A stretch of DNA of 64,000 nt from Bacillota bacterium (GTDB taxonomy: Bacteria; Bacillota; Dethiobacteria; DTU022). Numbering within the stretch: position 1 is the first letter of the stretch; each line of letters begins with the position of its first letter. A program made the position numbers and the translations under genes. The stretch lies in the NCBI GenBank assembly GCA_034189085.1, contig JAXHVH010000005.1, forward strand, positions 2,180 through 66,179, written 5' to 3'. The notes under the pieces were generated by a model. It was not told the DNA's origin, did no database searches, and saw nothing but the letters and a program-made list of their open reading frames with translations. Below are positions 58,780 through 64,000 of this stretch, in pieces.

Positions 58780-60686
58780 GTTTTCTTCTTCTCCTTTTCT
58801 GGCGGCAGGACGGGAGGAGACAGTTTAATTACCGCATCATATTCGGGAGGACAGGCTTTGCGGCAGTTGTCACATTTTACACATTTCTCCTGGTCTATCG
58901 CCTTTAACCCATCATCCCTGGTATAAATCGCTTCCGTGGGACAGCTACCAACACAGACGTTGCAAAGCTTGCTGCACCTGGAAGGTTCTATATAAAATAA
59001 AACCAGGTCGCGGCAGGCCCGGGCCGGGCAGCGTCCCTCCCCAATATGCACTTTGTATTCATCCCTAAAATATTTCAGGGTGGTTAAAACCGGGTTTGGC
59101 GCAGTGCGTCCCAGATTGCAGAGAGACCCGTCGCGCACATCCTCGGCCAGTTCTTCCAGCAAAGTAAGACTCTCTGCGTCGCCTTGCCCCCGCGTTATAT
59201 CTGTCAGGATATCAAGCATTTGTTTCGTTCCAAGACGGCAGAAAGTGCATTTGCCGCATGATTCCTGCTGGGTAAATTCGAGGAAATAGTGAGCAACCGA
59301 GGCCATGCAGTCATCTTCATCCATCACCACCAGGCCGCCCGATCCCATGATCGCCCCGGCTTCATGAAGAGAATCAAAATCTATGGGTACATCAAGAGCC
59401 GATTCCGGCAGGCATCCACCGGACGGCCCTCCGATCTGGACCGCTTTAAATTCCTTGCCGTCGGAAAGGCCGCCGCCCACTTCAAAAATTAATTCCCGCA
59501 GGGTTGTTCCCATGGGCACTTCAACCAGACCGGTATTGACAACTTTGCCCACCAGCGAAAAAACAGCTGTCCCCGGGCTTTCCGGGGTTCCTATACCCTT
59601 AAACCAGTCTGCTCCGCGGTTTATTATATGAGGAACATATGAAAAAGTTTTTACGTTGTTGATAACAGTAGGTTTACCCCACAAACCTTCCATGGCCGGA
59701 AAAGGCGGACGATGCCGCGGCACCCCGCGGCGGCCCTCAATGGAAGAGAGAAGAGCTGTTTCTTCACCGCAGACAAAAGCTCCGGCACCCTGAAAAACAT
59801 GGAGATCGAAGCTAAATTCCGTTCCGAGGATGGAAGAACCAAGCATCCCTTTCTCCCGGGCCTGTTTCAACGCCTCCCGGACTCGTTTGACCGCCCGCGG
59901 GTATTCAGCCCTGATATAGAGATATCCTTCTGTTGCTCCAATAGCATAAGCGCAGAGAATCATTCCCTCTATGACCTGGTGGGGATCTGATTCCAGGATA
60001 CTGCGATCCATGAAAGCCCCGGGGTCACCTTCGTCCGCATTGCAGATCACATATTTTTCATCCCCTCCAGCTTTAAGGCTCGCCTCCCATTTCCGCCCGG
60101 TGGGAAAACCGGCGCCGCCCCGCCCCCGCAGGTTGGACGCTTTTACTTCGTCCAGGACCATGACAGGTTTGTCACTTAAAGCCTTTGCCAGAGCCCGATA
60201 ACCATATTTTTCAATATAGCTGTCAATATTTTCCGGATCAATATAACCACACTGCTCAAGGATCAGTTTCTTTTCGTAAACACCACGTGGAAAATCTTCA
60301 AAAGTAGGAAAAACATCGTTACGATCTACTGCAGCCAGGGCGTATTCATAACAGGGATCTTCACCGGCGAGAAAATCTTCAACCAGCAAATGGACCAGCC
60401 CTTCATCAAGGTTCCCATAGGTTATAGCCGGATAACCGGGTTTGGCAATTACCGCCAGCGGCTCGGCATAACAGTGCCCCATGCAGCCAACTTCCACAAC
60501 TTCCGCATCGAGGCCGTGAGCCTCAATCTCTTTAAGGAAAAATTCTTTTACCTGGAGGGCACCTGCTGCCACACCGCAGGAAGCCGTACCGAGTAAAACC
60601 CGGGGCTTTTCCCGGCGAGCTTCTTCATTTTGCTTTGACACTTCGAACAGCTTTTCATAGTTATCCATGGGGCTGTCTGCGCTCAT
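58776..60686 (-). CDS. HydB/NuoF-like FMN/NADH-binding subunit
   Basis: N-terminal thioredoxin-like 2Fe-2S domain, LRGRGGAGFP, NADEGDPGAFMDR, SCGKCTFC and C-terminal 2x4Fe-4S. Confidence 0.93.
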   Translation of the reverse strand: MSADSPMDNYEKLFEVSKQNEEARREKPRVLLGTASCGVAAGALQVKEFFLKEIEAHGLDAEVVEVGCMGHCYAEPLAVIAKPGYPAITYGNLDEGLVHLLVEDFLAGEDPCYEYALAAVDRNDVFPTFEDFPRGVYEKKLILEQCGYIDPENIDSYIEKYGYRALAKALSDKPVMVLDEVKASNLRGRGGAGFPTGRKWEASLKAGGDEKYVICNADEGDPGAFMDRSILESDPHQVIEGMILCAYAIGATEGYLYIRAEYPRAVKRVREALKQAREKGMLGSSILGTEFSFDLHVFQGAGAFVCGEETALLSSIEGRRGVPRHRPPFPAMEGLWGKPTVINNVKTFSYVPHIINRGADWFKGIGTPESPGTAVFSLVGKVVNTGLVEVPMGTTLRELIFEVGGGLSDGKEFKAVQIGGPSGGCLPESALDVPIDFDSLHEAGAIMGSGGLVVMDEDDCMASVAHYFLEFTQQESCGKCTFCRLGTKQMLDILTDITRGQGDAESLTLLEELAEDVRDGSLCNLGRTAPNPVLTTLKYFRDEYKVHIGEGRCPARACRDLVLFYIEPSRCSKLCNVCVGSCPTEAIYTRDDGLKAIDQEKCVKCDNCRKACPPEYDAVIKLSPPVLPPEKEKKKT

Positions 60687-61237
60687 TTATTTTCGCCCCC
60701 TTCAGCTGTCGATGTTTCTTCTTCTGCTTCTGCTTCTTTTTCCTTCTGATCCGCTTCTTCAAACTCAAGCATCATCCCGTCAACCCTGGTCGGGGTAACA
60801 TAGCCCTCAATTTGATCATCGTTGACGACCACAACCGGGGCCAGGGTACAGCAGCCAACACAGGCTACCCTCTCCAGACTGTAGAGGCGGTCCAGGCTGG
60901 TTTCCCCTTCTTCGATCTCCATCCTTCTCTCAAATGATTCCAGGGTGATTTCGCCGCCCTTCATGTAGCAGGCGGTCCCCATACACACCTTGACCTGGAA
61001 CTTGCCCGGCGGGTTAAGACGAAACTGGTTGTAAAATGTAACTATGCCATAGATATCCACAGCAGGTATATCCAACCCCTCGGCCAATTTTTCCATCGCC
61101 AGGGCGGGAAGGTAGCCGAGTCTTGATTGGACTTTTTGTAAAGAGGGGATTAAATCTTTACGATTCCGGGAGCTGTTCTGCAAGAACTCTTCCACGGTGG
61201 AAAGGATCCGCTCCCTTTCTCCTTCCAGTAGCTGCAC
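60683..61237 (-). CDS. HydC/NuoE-like 2Fe-2S subunit
   Basis: TFYNQF, CMGTAC and CVGCC motifs. Confidence 0.92.
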   Translation of the reverse strand: MQLLEGERERILSTVEEFLQNSSRNRKDLIPSLQKVQSRLGYLPALAMEKLAEGLDIPAVDIYGIVTFYNQFRLNPPGKFQVKVCMGTACYMKGGEITLESFERRMEIEEGETSLDRLYSLERVACVGCCTLAPVVVVNDDQIEGYVTPTRVDGMMLEFEEADQKEKEAEAEEETSTAEGGENK

Positions 61238-61372
61238 GGTTACATCTCCTTATTCGATATTTACGACAGTTTAAATTATAGCTATATGATAACATACTAT
61301 TTATAAGTACGTACTAAAATATTTACTATATCTTATGAAGTTTAATTATTGGGAATTATGTATTCAATTTTT

Positions 61373-62491
61373 TCAGGAGGAGAGGCGATAAACCAGTTCT
61401 TCCCGGTAACCGGTAATAATTTTGATATATCCCTGCAGCATTGCATTAACCTGATCATTTCCCGTGTCCACAAGGAGGCGACCCTGTTCGAGAGCCATGA
61501 TTTTATCCTTAACCGCTACAACAATGATATTTTTCTTGCCCACCTTTTCTATCACCGCCGCGCTGATCTGCTGGTTGCCCCGTCCGAAGAGATAACCCTG
61601 TCCACCTATGACGGTGACAATAATTTTTGCCTTTTTCCCTTCAATCAGATCGAGAAGCTGTCGTTCGCTGGCATCCGCTGCCACGAGTTCTCCTTTACAG
61701 ACAACATCCACCCCGAGCAGGTTATTGGGCAGGTTCAGCCTTTCCATAATGGCAGCGGTGGTAGTCCCCGGTCCAACAATATAGAGGATATCCGGTTCCA
61801 TTTTTTCGATCACATATTCGGCGATTCCTTCCAGGACCGTTTTTCCCGACTCCACACTGCCTACCTTAAGATTCTGCATTAATCCCTCCGCCTCCGGGAC
61901 AATCAGGTAACCGTAAAGGCGGGCTGAAAGAAAGCCTCGACGAAATGCTTCTTCATCGATATCCATGACTTCCGCCCGGCGCAGAGGGTATCCCGGTTCC
62001 ACCAGGAACCGCCCGGCCAGCCTGCCGGCGCTGCGAGGATTGGTGGCATAAACAGCCGAATGAATTTTTACCCCGGCCGGAATCCCGATTACCGGAAGGG
62101 TTGAATTTTCACCAAAGGCTGAGCAAATATTGCGTGCCGTTCCATCTCCACCGGCAAAAAGAAGCAGATCAACATCGCGGGGAACCATCTCCCCGGCCGC
62201 CTTTTCCGTGTCTTCAGAGCTGGTGGGCTCCGTGATGCCTTCGATCAGTTCCATCTTAAAACCGCAGCCCTGCCCCGTTTCTTCGCCCATCTTTCCAGGG
62301 CAGGTAACCAGCAAAATATTCTCCCGCATCTCTGACAGCTCCTCCAGAGCCTGGGCTGCTTTCTCGTTGGCCTCCGGCTGCGCCCCCAGAGACAGGGCCT
62401 TTTCGACAATCTCCGGACCGTCGGTCCCTTTGAGGCCTACTTTTCCTCCCATGCCGGCAACAGGGTTGACGATGAGGCCTACTTTTTTCAT
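61373..62491 (-). CDS. ATP-NAD kinase-like family protein (AcoX/COG3199-like)
   Basis: NPVAGMGG, GGDGTAR, GIPAGVK and GRGNQQ motifs. Confidence 0.82.
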   Translation of the reverse strand: MKKVGLIVNPVAGMGGKVGLKGTDGPEIVEKALSLGAQPEANEKAAQALEELSEMRENILLVTCPGKMGEETGQGCGFKMELIEGITEPTSSEDTEKAAGEMVPRDVDLLLFAGGDGTARNICSAFGENSTLPVIGIPAGVKIHSAVYATNPRSAGRLAGRFLVEPGYPLRRAEVMDIDEEAFRRGFLSARLYGYLIVPEAEGLMQNLKVGSVESGKTVLEGIAEYVIEKMEPDILYIVGPGTTTAAIMERLNLPNNLLGVDVVCKGELVAADASERQLLDLIEGKKAKIIVTVIGGQGYLFGRGNQQISAAVIEKVGKKNIIVVAVKDKIMALEQGRLLVDTGNDQVNAMLQGYIKIITGYREELVYRLSS

Positions 62492-63894
62492 AGCCGTCCC
62501 AGGTGAAGAGCAGTTTTATTCACAGCCATAGCCGCTTCCCAGACTGCCTCGGAGAGGGTTGGGTGAGGATGAATCAGTTCGGCCAGCTCTGCGGCACCAA
62601 TCCCCCTGGCTACAGCCAGGGAACCTTCCTGGATCAGGTCGGAAGCGTGGGGACCCAGTATATGGAAACCTACAACCTTCTGCTCCCTGCCGGCGGCAAT
62701 TATTTTCACAACCCCTTCTGTTTCAGCCTGGGTAGCTGCTTTACCACTGGCTGAAAAGGGGAATTTGCCGATTTTCAAATCGTCAAATCCCTTTTCCTTG
62801 GCCTCTTCTTCACTTAAACCAACGCAGGCCAGCTCGGGATCGGTAAAAAGGCAGGCAGGAACAACAGAACCGTCAAAATGAGCTTCTATACCGGCAATGT
62901 TTTCAGCAGCCACTACCCCCTGGCGGTAAGCAACATGAGCAAGGTAATAACTTGGAGCGGCGACATCACCGATAGCATAAATATGGGGAACCGTGGTTTC
63001 CATCTTACTGTTCACTTTTATACCGTTATTATCATATTCAACACCGAGGGCGTCCAGATCCTGATCACCAAAAGTCGGCTTCCGGCCTACGGAAAGGAGG
63101 ACTTTTTCCGTTTCAAATATTTCTTCGCCCTTGTGGCTGGTCGCTGTCAATCTGAGCCCCCCGTCAATTTTTTCTATTTTCTGCACCGGTGTATTCATTT
63201 TAATTTCAAGGCCAGCCCGGCGAATATAGGTGGAAAGGCGGCGGACCATTTCCAGGTCCATGCGCCGCAGTAATCTTTCACTGCGGTGAACAATAGTTAC
63301 CTTTGTACCGAGCCCCAAAAATATAGAGGCCATTTCAAGGGCAATCACTCCCCCCCCTATAACAGCCATTGTTTCCGGCAGTTCTTCAAGAGCCAGTGCT
63401 TCGCGGGAAGTAATTACCCCCGGCAGATCCAGGCCGGGAGTGGGCGGGTAAATTTCTTCACTGCCTGTAGCCAGAATAACGTTTTCCGTTTCCAGCTCAA
63501 CTTCTCCCCCCTCATTCAGCCCCACAACAACACGGTGGGGGTTCAAGACCTTACCGGTCCCGGCAAAAAAATCGACCTTGCTCCTCTTCAACAGTTCGGC
63601 AACATGACCGACCAGCTCATCGACCACCGCCTTTTTCTTTTCCTGCAGCCGGGCGTAGGAAAATTCTATGTTGTTGAGCTTAAAGCCAAATTCATCAGCC
63701 CGCTGGAGGCGCCTGTAGAGGGCGGCTCCGTGAGTGAGCACTTTTGTGGGAATGCAGCCGCGGTTCAAACAAACCCCGCCGAGATCTTCTTTTTCAACCA
63801 CCGCTGTTTTCAAACCAAGCGATCCCGCCCTCAGAGCAGCCAGGTAGCCGCCGGGACCGCTGCCGATAATTACGACGCGGTACTTCTCATCCAT
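62488..63894 (-). CDS. lpdA: Dihydrolipoamide dehydrogenase
   Basis: GSGPGGY, GGVCLNRGCIP and HPHPTLSE motifs. Confidence 0.95.
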   Translation of the reverse strand: MDEKYRVVIIGSGPGGYLAALRAGSLGLKTAVVEKEDLGGVCLNRGCIPTKVLTHGAALYRRLQRADEFGFKLNNIEFSYARLQEKKKAVVDELVGHVAELLKRSKVDFFAGTGKVLNPHRVVVGLNEGGEVELETENVILATGSEEIYPPTPGLDLPGVITSREALALEELPETMAVIGGGVIALEMASIFLGLGTKVTIVHRSERLLRRMDLEMVRRLSTYIRRAGLEIKMNTPVQKIEKIDGGLRLTATSHKGEEIFETEKVLLSVGRKPTFGDQDLDALGVEYDNNGIKVNSKMETTVPHIYAIGDVAAPSYYLAHVAYRQGVVAAENIAGIEAHFDGSVVPACLFTDPELACVGLSEEEAKEKGFDDLKIGKFPFSASGKAATQAETEGVVKIIAAGREQKVVGFHILGPHASDLIQEGSLAVARGIGAAELAELIHPHPTLSEAVWEAAMAVNKTALHLGRL

Positions 63895-64000
63895 CAGTCA
63901 ATTCCCCCTTTTCCCCCTTGAAGATGCGCATGCTGGCAAATACAGCCGGGATGACCATTGAAAAAGCCTTGATTAGAGCCCTGGTCATCTTTTCATAGTT
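63887..64000 (-). CDS. 3' end of an upstream gene (identity not determinable)
   Basis: Open frame NYEKMTRALIKAFSMV...LTDG-stop overlapping the lpdA start. Confidence 0.45.
   Translation of the reverse strand, partial: NYEKMTRALIKAFSMVIPAVFASMRIFKGEKGELTDG

Noticed and set aside
61238-61372. AT-rich spacer with AGTACGTACT palindrome as a Rex operator
   Set aside because: It does not match the Rex consensus TTGTGAA-N4-TTCACAA; probably ordinary promoter DNA.

Overview
This is a 64-kb chromosomal window from an anaerobic Bacillota (Firmicutes); the gene order is clostridial-type, and a finer taxonomic placement cannot be made from the sequence. The left third is the conserved hrcA-grpE-dnaK-dnaJ-rsmE-mtaB // hinT-rpsU-yqeY-nfeD-floA-phoH-pgpH-ybeY-dgkA-cdd-era block, with a perfect CIRCE operator and an inverted selU-ylbF-HAD insert. 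Next come iscR-iscS-iscU, a cold-shock protein, acpS, aconitase, apgM/thrC, an ECF sigma/anti-sigma/beta-solenoid membrane protein unit, and serA-glutaredoxin-ferredoxin:thioredoxin reductase. The right half holds a nagB cluster, assorted metabolic genes, a TPP-riboswitch thiamine-precursor ABC operon, and a HydBC/HoxEFU-like flavin Fe-S module next to lpdA. No mobile element, CRISPR array, rRNA or tRNA was seen. Most notable signals: (1) cytidine deaminase fused to a TrmO/TsaA SAM-binding domain; (2) a ferredoxin:thioredoxin reductase whose apparent stop is an in-frame selenocysteine UGA followed by a SECIS-like hairpin; (3) an uncharacterised wHTH/Pol-beta-type nucleotidyltransferase coupled to a stand-alone GlmU-like acetyltransferase and nagB; (4) an iscU missed by the ORF track because of one in-frame TAA; (5) a collapsed crtQ-crtO carotenoid pseudogene; (6) a bifurcation-type NuoEF module with no catalytic partner in the window. 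All family assignments come from motif recognition by eye, not database searches.
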